Assembly: GCA_951406725.2 (NCBI GenBank)
Contig: OX597829.1
Span: 49,910,001-49,974,000, forward strand
Source: Octopus vulgaris
Taxonomy: Eukaryota
DNA length: 64,000 nt
Direction of reading: 5' to 3'
The notes beneath the pieces are model-generated. The model was not told where the DNA came from, did not search any database, and saw nothing but the letters and a program-made list of their open reading frames with translations. Each line of letters starts with the position of its first letter. Position 1 is the stretch's first letter. The position numbers and the translations under genes were made by a program. Positions 38,428-51,162 of this stretch are shown here, piece by piece.

Positions 38428-38858
38428 TGTAACAAGATCTGGAATTGGTATCACTGGAGGGGTGTCCGATCCGATCCCGTCATATTCAATTTTGTTAAAT
38501 ATAACAGATGAAGTCAGGTTATCTGGGAAAGACAGTAAATGTTGTTTATTAGTCATGATGGTGTAGATCTGGTGTACGTATTTCTGAGGGGAACCGACAG
38601 CCGAATCTGTTGTACTGCTTCTTGTTGGTTGGTCGAAGTGATTCGATGTGGTCCGCTGCTAAGTCGGTGCATAGTCCTCAGAGACTGCCAATACACGTCT
38701 GTTCACGAGGGCTGCCAGGGCCAGAGAGACTGAGTGAGTGGACTGTGTTTTAGGGGTCAGTTTCCCGCACATGCGCATGGGGAAGACTTCCGGTAGCCAC
38801 CCGGAAGTAGTCCCATTCTGTGCATGCGCGCTGAACCTTACACAGCAGCATCACTACA
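38428..38858 (-). mobile_element. Solo LTR (Gypsy-like), 431 bp
   Basis: TGTA...TACA termini, 4-bp TSD GAAG on both sides, AATAAA on the minus strand at about 38545. Confidence 0.75.
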
Positions 38859-39354
38859 GAAGCTTTATAAAGAAAACTTAATATTTCTTAAGTTTTTCAT
38901 CTTATTTCAGGAACTTTTCCAATTAGCTATTGGTAAATTTGATTCAGGATGTTTTTAAACATCTGCTGGGGTTGCCTGGAAATTTCCACATAAATTTCTC
39001 TAAGAAGAAAAAAGAAAATGATTGAGAAAGGGAACAGTATACTGCTTTTGGACAGAATTATTTGTTGCGTATACTTTGTTCCAACTTTTGAGGGTCACTT
39101 AGCAAGGGTTTGGGTGTTGCTTAGCAAGGGTTTGAGGGTCACTTAGCAAGGTTTTAAGTGTTGCTTAGCAGTTGTCCGATTAAGCTGAAATTTTGCACAA
39201 TTTTAGTTTATTGGATCGGGATGAGGGGGAGAGAGTAGCAAAAAATTGTGAGTTTTGAAAAATTATCTATTGCCAAGGGCCACTCTAGTGTGCATAGACA
39301 GACAGACAGATATGTATGTATGTATGTATTTATATACATACATATATATATACA

Positions 39355-39920
<566 letters not shown>

Positions 39921-40524
39921 TGTATATATATAAGAGACAGAGAGAGAGAGAGATAGTTGTATATGTATGTCTGTGTGTGTGGTAAGCTTTCATTTCCATG
40001 TTTGTTCCCACCACTGCTTGACAACTGGTGTTGGTGTGTTTATGTCCCTGTAACCTACCAGTTTGACAACAAGAGACTGATAGTATAAGTACCAGGCTTT
40101 AAAAATATATACTGGAGTCAATTCATTCAGTTAAACCCTAGAGGTGGTTCTCCTGCATAGCCACAGTCCAATGAGTGAAACAAAAACCAAAAAAAATATA
40201 TATATATATATAAAGAAAAAGAAGTGAGGTTGCAAAAATAAATTTATAAAATTAGAAAGAGGAGAAAAGTTGTTTGAAATTTTAAAAAAAGAAAATGGTG
40301 TAAAACATGATGGAATATCAATACTTTTACCATTCTGAAAAACATTGTTGACTTGTTGAGGAGTTATTGTAAAGTAAGAAGAGCTAGGTATCAGCAGAAT
40401 CCAACAGGAGCAATTGCTTCATCTCCTTCCCTCACCATTGAAGGAGGGCAGGCAGCTTTGGGTGGTGTATATGGCTTCTGTAAATGGGTGGTGTGTATGG
40501 GCTACTTTCCATGGTTTCTCTGGT

Positions 40525-40822
40525 CAGTGGCGGAATGGGTCTAAAAATATTGGTTGACTAAGGGGGGCCACCCGCAACTACAAGAGGGCCCACAATGCTA
40601 TCATTTAATTTTTTTTTTTTGTTAAAATTATTCTTTTCAACTGTCTTCAAACTCAGCCAGGCTGAAATAATTAATGCATTCTTCCAGGAGTGAATAAAAA
40701 AATTCTCAAACTTGAGGGGATGGGCCACTTAGATACTAACATGGGCCCCCATATATGGATTCTAATGGTGTAGGAGCCCACTTACCATCAGGTAAGCTGG
40801 CAACCTGGCCAGTCCACCACTG
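40525..40822. mobile_element. hAT-type MITE
   Basis: TIR cagtggcgga / tccaccactg; flanks tctctggt / catctggt. Confidence 0.65.
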
Positions 40823-40911
40823 CATCTGGTGTATATATTCGTCCTTGAACAGAACACCAGTCTGTCAAAGGATTACTCATTTTTAGCACATGTGTGGACT
40901 GGAGCAACATG

Positions 40912-41445
40912 AAAGGAAATGTTTTGCTCAAAAGCACAACATATTGCCCAGTCCAGGAATTGAAACCACAATCTTACAATTGTGAGTGTAACATCTTAAT
41001 TACTAAGCCATGTGCCTTCACTAGTGTATACAGCAACGACGACAATGGCAACAGAAATTTTGGTGTTTTGATATGATGGAGATTGACCGAAAGGAAATGT
41101 TTTGCTCAAAAGCACAACATATTGCCCAGTCCAGGAATTGAAACCACAATCTTACAATTGTGAGTGTAACATCTTAATTACTAAGCCATGTGCCTCCACT
41201 AGTGTATACAGCAACGACGACAATGGCAACAGAAATTTTGGTGTTTTGATATGATGGAGATTGACCGAAAGGAAATGTTTTGCTCAAAAGCACAACATAT
41301 TGCCCAGTCCAGGAATTGAAACCACAATCTTACAATTGTGAGTGTAACATCTTAATTACTAAGCCATGTGCCTCCACTAGTGTATACAGCAACGACGACA
41401 ATGGCAACAGAAATTTTGGTGTTTTGATATGACGGAGATTGACCA
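40912..41445. repeat. 178-bp tandem triplication spanning a SINE D head and unique flank
   Basis: Units start at 40912, 41090 and 41268 and are near identical. Confidence 0.95.
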
Positions 41446-41907
41446 AGGACAGGATTTTTTTTTTCTTTCACCCTGGTCAAGCCCTGTGGATTTTCCTTTT
41501 TCGCTCAACCAATCCTTCCAAAAGCATTTTTTTTTTTCAAGTACCACTTGAAGAGGAAAACATTTCAGAGAATCACTTACAAACGAAGCAGTTAGCAAAC
41601 ACAAACAGAAAAAGAAAATGGGGAGTGGGTGGGAGTGGGGAAGAGAGATGGATGTGTTGAATCAAAGTGGACAACCTTTTTTTTTTTCATAAGAACACAT
41701 GTGATCAGGAGTGATTCAGAGATTAATAACATTAACAATTACCCCTTTCAACACTAACAACACTTATTATATAAAACAATGGGTCTCATTTAGAGTCTAT
41801 ATAGCCCCTGGGGGATGGGTCCATATAAGATTTTGTTAAGATTTATCTGCAATAAATAGCTTATATTTCTCCAAAACACAAAATATTTTAATGACTTTTT
41901 TTTATGC

Positions 41908-42237
41908 AATCATCATCGTCATCATCATCGTTTAACGTCTGCTTTCCATGCAAGCATGGGTTGGACGGTTCAACTGGGGTCTGGGAAGCCAGAAGGCTGC
42001 ATCAGGCCCAGTCTGATCTGGCAGTGTTTCTATGGCTGGATGCCCTTCCTAATGCCAACCACTCCGAGAGTGTAGTGGGTGCTTTTTACGTGCCACCAGC
42101 ATGGGGGCCAGACGAGGCTGGCAAACGGCCACGATCGGATGGTGCTTTTTACGTGCCACTGGCACGGAAGCCAGTCAGGGCGGCGCTGGCAACGGCCATG
42201 TTCGGATGGTTCTATTACGTGCCACCGGCACTGGAAT
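41908..42237 (-). mobile_element. RTE 3' tail fragment
   Basis: Same family as 21484 and 29855. Confidence 0.9.
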
Positions 42238-42248
42238 CCTTAATTATA

Positions 42249-42760
42249 TCTATATATATAAAACTCTAGTTGTGTGAGTGTCTGTCCCCTTCGATTTAGA
42301 TTCCTAACTACTCCCACATTTTGCGGTGCAGTTTAACCAAATTCGGGTATCTTATAGTCGTGATTCATATCGAGCCCGTCTGAGTATTAGCGCACGTCTA
42401 CGATGAGTCTACTATTTTAAAAATAATTTAACATCACTTTTTATTCCATTTTAATGCATAATTTTTCGTGTGTCGATGGCGGTGGAGTTGGCGTCCATGG
42501 TCACACCTGCACCTGTTTGCTTCTCCCCCTTCTTCCCTCCCTCGTGAAGCTGTGGGGAAGGAGTGTAAGGAAATCAACGTCGTAAAGCGTTGTCAAGGAG
42601 ACCAGCGTTATTTTAGAACAACGACTTCATGGCTTGAAGACACCAAAACAGAAATGGCTAAGAAAGCCTGAATTGGCATCTATAAGGGAAGTAACTCTCT
42701 AAAAATGCTTATATAGTTATTTCCCTTACAAACCCGAGCAACGCCGGGCGATACTGCTAG
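42249..42760 (+). mobile_element. Non-autonomous Helitron (512 bp)
   Basis: A|TC 5' end (tctatatatataaaa), subterminal hairpin cccgagcaacgccggg, 3' CTAG|T. Confidence 0.88.
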
Positions 42761-43090
42761 TTTAATTATAAAACTACAGTTACGGAAGGAATCTTTTTTT
42801 TTTCTAAATTTACATCAAATTGCTATGGGGTTCTATTCCAATTGAGTAAAAAAGGAACCAGAGAGGTCCATGAGGGGAAAAATGGTTGAGAAATGCTGCT
42901 TTAAACCAACGAAGGGAGACTGTATGCAGCAGCAGCGGTAATGACAACAACAACAACAACAACACCAATCTCCTTGTCTGTTTTTGATTTAGGGAACAAT
43001 AACAACAGTAATAACATCCATTCTATCTGCATCGATGCTGACCATGCCAACAAGACATCGAATAGGTTTAGCATCAGCAGCAACAGCAAA

Positions 43091-43470
43091 GTGGAGGCAC
43101 AATGGCCCAGTAGTTAGGGCAACGGACTCGCAGTCAGAGGATCGCAGTTTCGATTCCCAGACCGGGTGTTGTGTGTGTTTATTGAGCGAAAACACCTAAA
43201 AGCTCCACAAGGCTCCGGCACGGGGGGGGGGGGGGGCGACCCCTGTTGTACTCTTTCGCCCCAACTTTCTCTCACTCTTTCTTCCTGTTTCTTGTCCCCG
43301 ACTTCCTACGCAACCGCTGAGCTTGGATGCGCATTCATCCATCCGTCGATGCTCTCGGTGTCGGGGGTTGACCTGCTTTCTCTTCTGCGGGTCTTACGAA
43401 TAGCAAAGGACTATGATTCGGACTTCTCCCATCTTGCAAGCTCTGGGTCGAAGATCGCTTCGCTCAACAG
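43091..43470 (+). mobile_element. SINE with a family C-like head and a different 3' body, followed by an AAC-rich tract
   Basis: gtggaggcacaatggcccagtagttagggc...gtttcgattccc...ctctttcgccccaactttctctcactctt, then diverges from family C. Confidence 0.8.
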
Positions 43471-44242
43471 CAACAGCAGCAACAGCAATAATGACAATAA
43501 CAGCAATAATGACAACAACAGCAAAGACAAAAACGAAAGCAACAGCAGTAACAACAGCAGCAATAACAACAAAAGCAATAACAATAACTGCAATGATAAC
43601 AACAGCAGCAACAATGACAAGAACAACATACTTGTTTATTTTGATCTGGAGATAAACAACAGTGACCAACAAATAAGATTCATTAGAGGAAGAGCAGGGA
43701 AAAAAAGCAATTACCATCACCACACCACCACCACCACCATCACCACAACAACAACAACAACAACAACATATTTTGTCACTTTTAACAATCATTAATCAAT
43801 CAGCCGGATGGTGATTTATCAATTTTCAAACTAGAATTAGCTTTTGTCCAGTGTATAGAGATGACCAGATCAGATATTGAGCCAGTGGGATCGGGAGGGC
43901 AAGGATGGATTGTTGGAATATGAGCAACAACTATTTCTAGTTGGTCAAGCAACCACATAAAGGCAAACTCATTTGGTTAGTCAACTGCTACGTCTTGCAG
44001 GTCAAACATCATGTTGAAGCAATCTGATGACTTGGCTGTAATATCTAGCAATTTCGATAACCACATAGAGGATAACTCTCTTTGAATTAATCAGCTGCTA
44101 TTTCTAGCAGATCGAGTGATGTGACTATATTGGAGCACTCTACTGGCCTGATTTGGTTGTTATTTTTAGCAGGTTAAACGGATACATAGAGGTTAATTCA
44201 TTAGGTTTATTAGCTACTGTTTCTAGCATGTTGAATAACCAT

Positions 44243-44274
<32 letters not shown>

Positions 44275-44443
44275 TATGTCCAATTAGGTGACTTGATCAA
44301 ACCAATGCCACTCTTCCACACCAAATGTCTTGACCAGGTGATATTGTTTGAACATCTGATTTGAATGTCATAGTCATAGTACATACATCACCACCACCAT
44401 CATGTCTGGTTTTAGTTACATTAGTCTTTAATTACCTGGAATA

Positions 44444-45108
44444 CAAGGTGGTATCAAAAGGTCTCCAGACTAGTTATGTTTAATAAAAAATAACTTAATT
44501 TACCTAAGTTTTAACATCATCTTCTTTGAAATAGTTACTTTGTATAGCAATACTCCAGTCCCAGCATTCCTGCCTCTTTTGGAATCTGGCCTGGGAGTCG
44601 TTTTCTTAAGCGAGTCGAGGACCCTCTGCAATTTACTATGGATCTTGACATTGTTGTAAAACTCTCAATTGATAGTCAATTGATGGAGGGGACAAATTTT
44701 TGATACACAATACCACATTTCTGGGAGTGACATTTATGGCAGGTCTTCCTGAGACGTTCTTCCACTTTTGAAAGCACTCAAGCTACTCAAAACATTGCAT
44801 ACAACCCATTGCCTCATCACTATTATCTTGCCAAAGCATCTTCAATGTCTCTGCAGAAAACTTCTCAAGTTTAACACAAAATTTCATGTTGGCTCTTTGT
44901 TTCTGGCCATGACAAAAAAAATCACAGACTACAGCAGACACGTGATCACAAAAACACAAATTTCACAATTTGTGAAGTAAACACAACAATGTCACTTGGC
45001 ACACTGTCTCATGAAGGTCACTGCTAGCTCTCACTGCACATGCAACTGTGTGCTGCCATCTGTTGGTGCGCTACAGAACTAGTCTGGAAACTTTTTGATA
45101 CTACCTTG
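44444..45108. mobile_element. Mariner-derived non-autonomous element
   Basis: ~31-bp TIR caaggtggtatcaaaaggtctccagactagtt / aactagtctggaaactttttgatactaccttg; TA on both flanks. Confidence 0.88.
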
Positions 45109-45129
45109 TATCTTATCTACGCATACCAT

Positions 45130-45720
45130 GATTACAGCTGATAGCAGTAGATCACTAACAGGACTGATTGATCCTGGTCATTGACTATTTCTTGTCTTTT
45201 CAGCTGCTGAGGCATGGACTTGAACAGCTGACTTGGGTTTTAGACTCATTGGTCATTTGCTATGACTACAGATGATAGCAGTAATTCAGTAATTGAATTG
45301 GTTGATCCTGGCTCTTGTTAGTTTGTTGTCTGTTCATCTTCTCAGCCTTTAGTAATATTCACCATTGACTTGAACATCTGGCTTGGGTTTCAGTGACATC
45401 AGACACTTGCTAATTGAAATATCTCTTTTCTGCATGCCTTGACCACAGATGATAGCAATAGTTCAATAATTAAACTGGTTGATCCTCACTTTTGACAATC
45501 TCTTGTCCATTCATCTGCTCAGCATCTAGTGATATTCAGCATTGGCTCAAACATCTGACTTGGGTTTTAGTTACACTGGTCATTTGCTAGCTGAAATATC
45601 TCATTTCTGCATGCTATACTTACAGTTGATAACAGTAGTTTGCTAACTGAACTGGTCAATTCTGGCTGTTAATTGCTTGTTGATTCATCTGCTCAGGATC
45701 TGGTGATATTTGCCATTGAC
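45130..45720. repeat. Degenerate ~135-180-bp tandem repeat, 4 units
   Basis: acagNtgatagcagta...gttgatcct...catctg...acttgggtttt recurs at about 45134, 45268, 45445 and 45622. Confidence 0.75.
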
Positions 45721-46449
45721 TCACTAAGATTCATTTGTAAAATATCTCACATCCAATATGCTGCATCCTATGAATTCAATGTACCCTGGCTCAAGTAAAT
45801 ACATGCTGGTCAAAACTATATAGAAACTCTAGATTGACTTGATTTTGCTGCTATTTCTAGCATGTTGAGCAACCACATACAAACTTAGTTGTTGGCTTGA
45901 TCAGCTGCTCTATCTAACATACTAAATGACCACATAACAGCAGCAGCAGCAGCACCACCACCACCACCAACACTCCCCATCCATGAACTTGATTTCACCT
46001 AGTTTAATTGATAAATGTCTTTACTACTTAGACTTCTGTATAATTCATGTTCACATCCCAGGAGAATATTATAACACAGAATAACGATCACATTTAATAG
46101 TTCAACATCATGGTAATGATAGAACTCTTGAATTCAGGATACTTTCCAAAATAATTCCAGATCTACTTTGGATGGAATATTCATAAGATTCATTATTTGG
46201 TCCAGCTTAATTAATGCATGCATAAATAAATATATATATACATTTATGCATAAATTTGCAGATGATGGGGATTTTAATGTACACATGTAAATCATGTATA
46301 TTTGTATCTATGAATACACATCTCCAACTGCATAAATTTATATATACACACACAAATACATACACATATATATATATAGGTCGTCGTCATCATCATCATC
46401 ATCATGTGTTTGTATGTGCACACACACAACACACACACACACATATATA

Positions 46450-46684
46450 TTCTTTTATTCTTTTACTTGTTTCAGTCATTTGACTGTGGCCATGCTGGAG
46501 CACTGCCTTTAGTCAAATAAATCAACCCCAGGATTTATTCTTTGTAAGCCTAGTACTTGTTCTATTGGTCTCTTTCACCAAACCACTAAGTTACGGGGAC
46601 ATAAACACACCAACATCGGTTGTCAAGTAATGATGGAGAGGGTGTAAACACAGACACACAAATTCATACCTATACATACATATA

Positions 46685-46727
<43 letters not shown>

Positions 46728-46855
46728 CAAGCTTCTTTCAGTTTCCATCTACCTAATTCACTCACAACACTTTCATCAGCCTGACGTTATAGTAGAAGAC
46801 CAGGACAATGTGGTTCGGAAGCAAGCTTTTTACCGTACAGCCACTCTTGAACCTG
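46450..46855 (-). mobile_element. SINE family A
   Basis: Matches the family A sequence, with a deletion in the head. Confidence 0.88.
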
Positions 46856-46892
46856 TGTATATATAATTCTTATGCAAGAATGTTGTTGACAG

Positions 46893-47800
46893 TGTAGCAA
46901 TATTGTTTTCTTCTTTGCTATCTTCACTGTTTGAGAAAAATATTAAGAATGATCTCGTTTGAGATTACAAACACCTTTGGCTAGTTTAACCTTGTTGTGT
47001 CCACTATTTTGATTGGTTAGCATCTAAGCACAGTCTGTCTCTCTACTTATTTCGCGCCAGTGTGTAAACTGACCAATCACGGCTTTCGGATAGGACCTTT
47101 CATTTGAGCCATCTTAACTCCTTAAATAGGCTGATCATCTCACGATTCACTGTCTTTCGGCTTAAGACCTTTTAAGGTCTTGGTCGGAGACCACACAGAG
47201 CTTACTCAACCATGTTCCAGTTCGAAAGGCAGACGACAGCCAAGCCAACCTTACTATGAAGACGCTATTGTAAACCAGCGACAGACAGAACGTCATCACC
47301 AACATTGTCTCCATCTACGAAGATTCCAACTTGTACATAAGATAAATACAGATTCAACTCATGCTGTTAGTGTGAAAATCTCACCACAGAAAAACAGTTG
47401 CAGTATATATATCTGAAAGAATATCTATATCAAGAGAAAAATATGCACAACAAGTAATTCAACTAATCTCAGCTTTGAGACTCAAATCTTGTATAGAACT
47501 CATTATCGTGTACTACATGAACTGGTAAAATAACTCTAAAATAACTCCATTTTACCTCAAATTGTTGAGACTTCTCTTATGCTCTGTTGTATTCACATAC
47601 ATCTTATTCTGTTCTTCTGTAGCACACACGAACACAGACACAAATATTATAAGCATGTATTCATGACACAACACTACGCTAATAATCACAAATCACTTTG
47701 TACACTGTGAATAAAATCTATCTTCTCTTTATAAAAGTAGAACGGTTTTTGGAGTCCTTTATTCATTTACTTTGGCACTGTATATAACACATGTATTATG
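46893..47800 (+). mobile_element. Possible LTR-like segment
   Basis: Starts TGTAGCA; CCAAT at 47072, TATA-like ttaaatagg at about 47122, AATAAA at 47710. Right end and TSD not resolved. Confidence 0.3.
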
Positions 47801-48161
47801 GCTTATATATAACATTATGTTATGTTATGTTATGTTGGGATGCAGCCGTGCGATGTACAAGAGGAGAAATATGTCACAAAAATCCTCATGTACGGCCCAT
47901 ATACCAACATAACAGTAACCTCAAAGTGTTGGACAGCTGAGCCATTGTCAAATTAAATTTGTTCACTGAAAAGCATAGAGTAATGCATCAGATTAATGCA
48001 AAATTGTTTTTATTATAACTGAACACATAAAAACAAGCATTTATATATATATATATATATATAGTTAATCCAAACAAGAAAGCACAAAAAAACACAACAA
48101 CGCGAGGATGTGGAACAAATATAGTATTATTAGATGCTCAGGAATGAAGGAAAGAAGGAGG

Positions 48162-48196
48162 GTTTAACGTTTCAAGTGGAGCTCTTCATCGGAAAC
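48162..48196 (-). ncRNA. Minimal type I hammerhead (CCGAUGA variant) in a Penelope-like fragment (48062-48270) inside (TA)n
   Basis: Minus strand: guuu-CCGAUGA-a-gag-cucca-cuu-GAAA-CGUU-aaac. Stem I guuu/aaac; palindromic AACGUU. Confidence 0.62.
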
Positions 48197-48289
48197 ATAG
48201 GAGAAGGAAAGATCCAGAGAAGGGAAGTCAGAGGAAAAAAAATCGCCAGCGGTACACACGAGGTCACATTTATATATATATATATATAT

Positions 48290-48685
48290 ACATGCCAATC
48301 TTTAACTGTGGAGGGAACCTGTGGTAGAGGTAGACCCAAGAAGACATGAGACAAGGTGGTAAAGTATGATCTTTGAACTTTGAACCTCACAGACTAGTGA
48401 CTGAGACCTTTGACAATGTACTCTGTTTAAGAGGACCCATCAAGGCAAATACACCAGTGTTGGTGGCAGGTAAGAAAATCAACCTTTGAATGTTGGGACT
48501 CATGAAGGCAAAGTGGCTGAGTTCCTTTGGAGCATTGGGCCTCACAGAGGCACAGTGGCTTAGTTCCTTTCAAGCGTTGGCCTCACGGAGGTAATGATCA
48601 AGACCTTTGGCATCATGCTGTGCTTGAGAAGAAAACCCATCAAACCAAGCAAAATCACAGTCATGGCAGATGCCAGTGTCACGCA
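48290..48685 (+). mobile_element. RTE 3' coding end and UTR relic
   Basis: CQSLTVEGTCGRGRPKKT matches CQSLAVEGTRGRGRPRKT at about 19420. Confidence 0.85.
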
Positions 48686-48689
48686 AACT

Positions 48690-49700
48690 TACACAATAAC
48701 TCTTACTTCCCATACCATAAACCATTGACCAATCTTAAGTATATTAGCAAATTTAGTAATCATTCTAGGGCAATTACTAGGAACTTAGTTAAGAATATTT
48801 CATTTAGATTGTTTAAGTTATCTGTTAATGTTGACATTTTCAATGATAATGCCAAATTTTATAACTCTGCCTTACTTAAAGCAGGTTATACAGAGAAAAT
48901 TATCTACATTAATTCTATTCAGTCTAAGTCTAATTTTACTAATGTAGATATGAAATCTAGTTGTAAAGGAATTAACGATATCAATTTTAATTTATACACC
49001 AAAACCAAACAGAGGAAGGGAGATAACCCTTATTTAATCCCCTATTTTCATTCTAAAGGAAAATCTATGTCTTTCAAAAATAAGATAACTAATAGTATTA
49101 CCATTTGGTTAATTATTCCATATAGGAGGCAAATTAAATCTAATCTCCCATTGCAGTTTCGTGAAGCTATTATTAGGAATTTTCCAAGATTTCTAAGTAT
49201 TACTCTATTATCAACTCACATATGGTTAGTATTGGTTTTTCCAACGCAAAAAATCTCTTACAAATTATCTCTTCACATAATAACAACCTGTTAAATATTA
49301 ATACATTTACTAATACTAACATTAATTTAGCTAATACCATCCATCCCTCTAGAGATATTAATAACAAGGTTATTGTATCTGAAGTCAATTCTAACAGAAT
49401 TAAGTTTATGTCAAGTAACTCTAAAATTAAAAATTCTATATACCAGTGTAAAATTACTACTCATAATCAAGTATTTTTTTATATTGGAAGCACGTCTTTA
49501 CAGTTATCTAATAGGATTTCTAATCACTACTCGACATTTAGGGATAGGAATAAATGTAACAATACAAGGCTCAGTAAATTAATTTGGGATCTAAAAGACT
49601 GCAATAAACAGTTTAACATAGATTGGTTGATTCTCTCAATCTTGATACCTTAAGACAAAGGCAAGGAATTCTGTCTTCTCTGTAATTCTGAACTAATTCT
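48690..49700 (+). pseudogene. Penelope-like element: RT thumb/linker plus GIY-YIG endonuclease, frameshifted
   Basis: PYHKP...YISKFSNH...ISFRL..LS...Y.SAL..AGY; IWLIIPY; IISSHN; IYQC...YIGST...RISNH...LSKLIWDLK...WLIL; CLLC. Confidence 0.9.
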
Positions 49701-50057
49701 GTAATTCAGCATTCCAGAGAGTGCAAGTGTCCGACCTTGCAGCCAGGCACTTAATTCGTATAATACTCTCCTGTGGTTTCTCTGTTTTCTCTTGCAACAA
49801 ATTGCAAGAGAAAACGTAAATATTTTGTCAAGAAGAGTGGGAAATAATATATCGTGATATCTGGCTGTCTCCAGAAGAATACGTTTATAGCAGAAGTGAT
49901 TTACACTGTCATTATGTGTGAGATGTTTTCATTACTGTTGTTTAGGCTTAAATATCTGGATATCAGCTCCACTGGCCTTTTCGTTACAGCAGGTCACATG
50001 ACCTTGTGATTAGCCAAACTTATTGCTTGTACTGGCCGGTTTCCAGCTGTCCAATCG

Positions 50058-50561
50058 TGTTGGTGCAACAGTTTGTTTTTCCTTACATGGGAAATTAATC
50101 ACCAGCTTCTGGGAGCCTACTGATCTCTATAAGAATGGCAATTCTCAACTACTCTAGGTCTTTGGCACGTGCCTCTGACCATATGCAACTTGTCTCCAAC
50201 AATAATGCATCTGACACCAGCCGGTCTCTGCTTTTATTTTCGCCACCAGACGCCTGCTTACGTCATTGCTGTATGAACATCACAAGACCAACAGACCAAC
50301 AGCTGCCTCTACACACCACCAAACAGTACGTCAACTTTATCAACAAGATCAACAGTCCATCCTAACCACGAAGTTCTCTCACACATCCTTGTTGTAAACC
50401 TGTTAAGTTATTTTATTTCATGTAATGGCAATAATTGTATTTTATAACGGAGAATAAACCGTCACTTACCAGTTCAGTTTTAATCTCACATCGTATATAA
50501 TTTTTCCATTTCCTTATTTATCGTCTTCGTTGTATGTTAGCAAATCAATTCGCAACCAACA
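50058..50561 (+). mobile_element. Possible solo LTR
   Basis: TGTTGGT...ACCAACA termini, flanks atcg / atag, ctataag at about 50127 and AATAAA at about 50453. Confidence 0.4.
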
Positions 50562-51162
50562 ATAGCAAAGTGCGAAAAATGATAGCCGTGAAAGTTACAG
50601 CATATAGAACACCTTTGATCACAGATGCTTGAGAAAATTACATTAACAAAGCGATTCGCAAATAACAATGGTCATAAATTCAGTCATGAATATTGTTTCA
50701 TGACAATTTTTTAAGATCTATTTACCTACACAGCTGATTGAGATAACTTTGTTATCTGTTCATTTTGTGAAAAAGGTATTTTTTTTTATTAAAGACCTGT
50801 TAATTGGGAAAATATATGAAGTAGACGTGAAATTAACATCATGATATCAATTTCAATATTATATAATTGCGAGAAACATAGCTCTTTGTAACCACTTTTT
50901 TTTTGTGTGTTCAAATTGAGTTAGTCTAGCCTAGGTTAAACCTACCATTAGATTAGAGAATTGGAAGCTAGCAGCTGTCGCCATGGTTATGCATGTGTTC
51001 CCAGTTTTTTATTATTTTATTAATAGTATTTTTATTACACTTATTCTTGGATTTAATGGTATTATTGTCAGTGCATTAGGTTCCCTGTTTTTCTTGCAGT
51101 CGACCATATCCATATTTTTATTTCCTTTTCCGGATCATAATTTAATCATATTAACTCTACAT

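Larger units (their letters stand above)
34568..39287 (+). mobile_element. hAT-superfamily (hATm-like) DNA transposon carrying nested insertions
   Basis: TIR tagagtggccctt / aagggccactcta; 8-bp TSD gtgtgtat / gtgtgcat; subterminal inverted similarity between 34640-34682 and 39133-39197; internal transposase relic. Confidence 0.85.

Noticed and set aside
43166-43795. 209-aa Asn-rich ORF
   Set aside because: SINE body plus AAC/AAT/ACC low-complexity tract.
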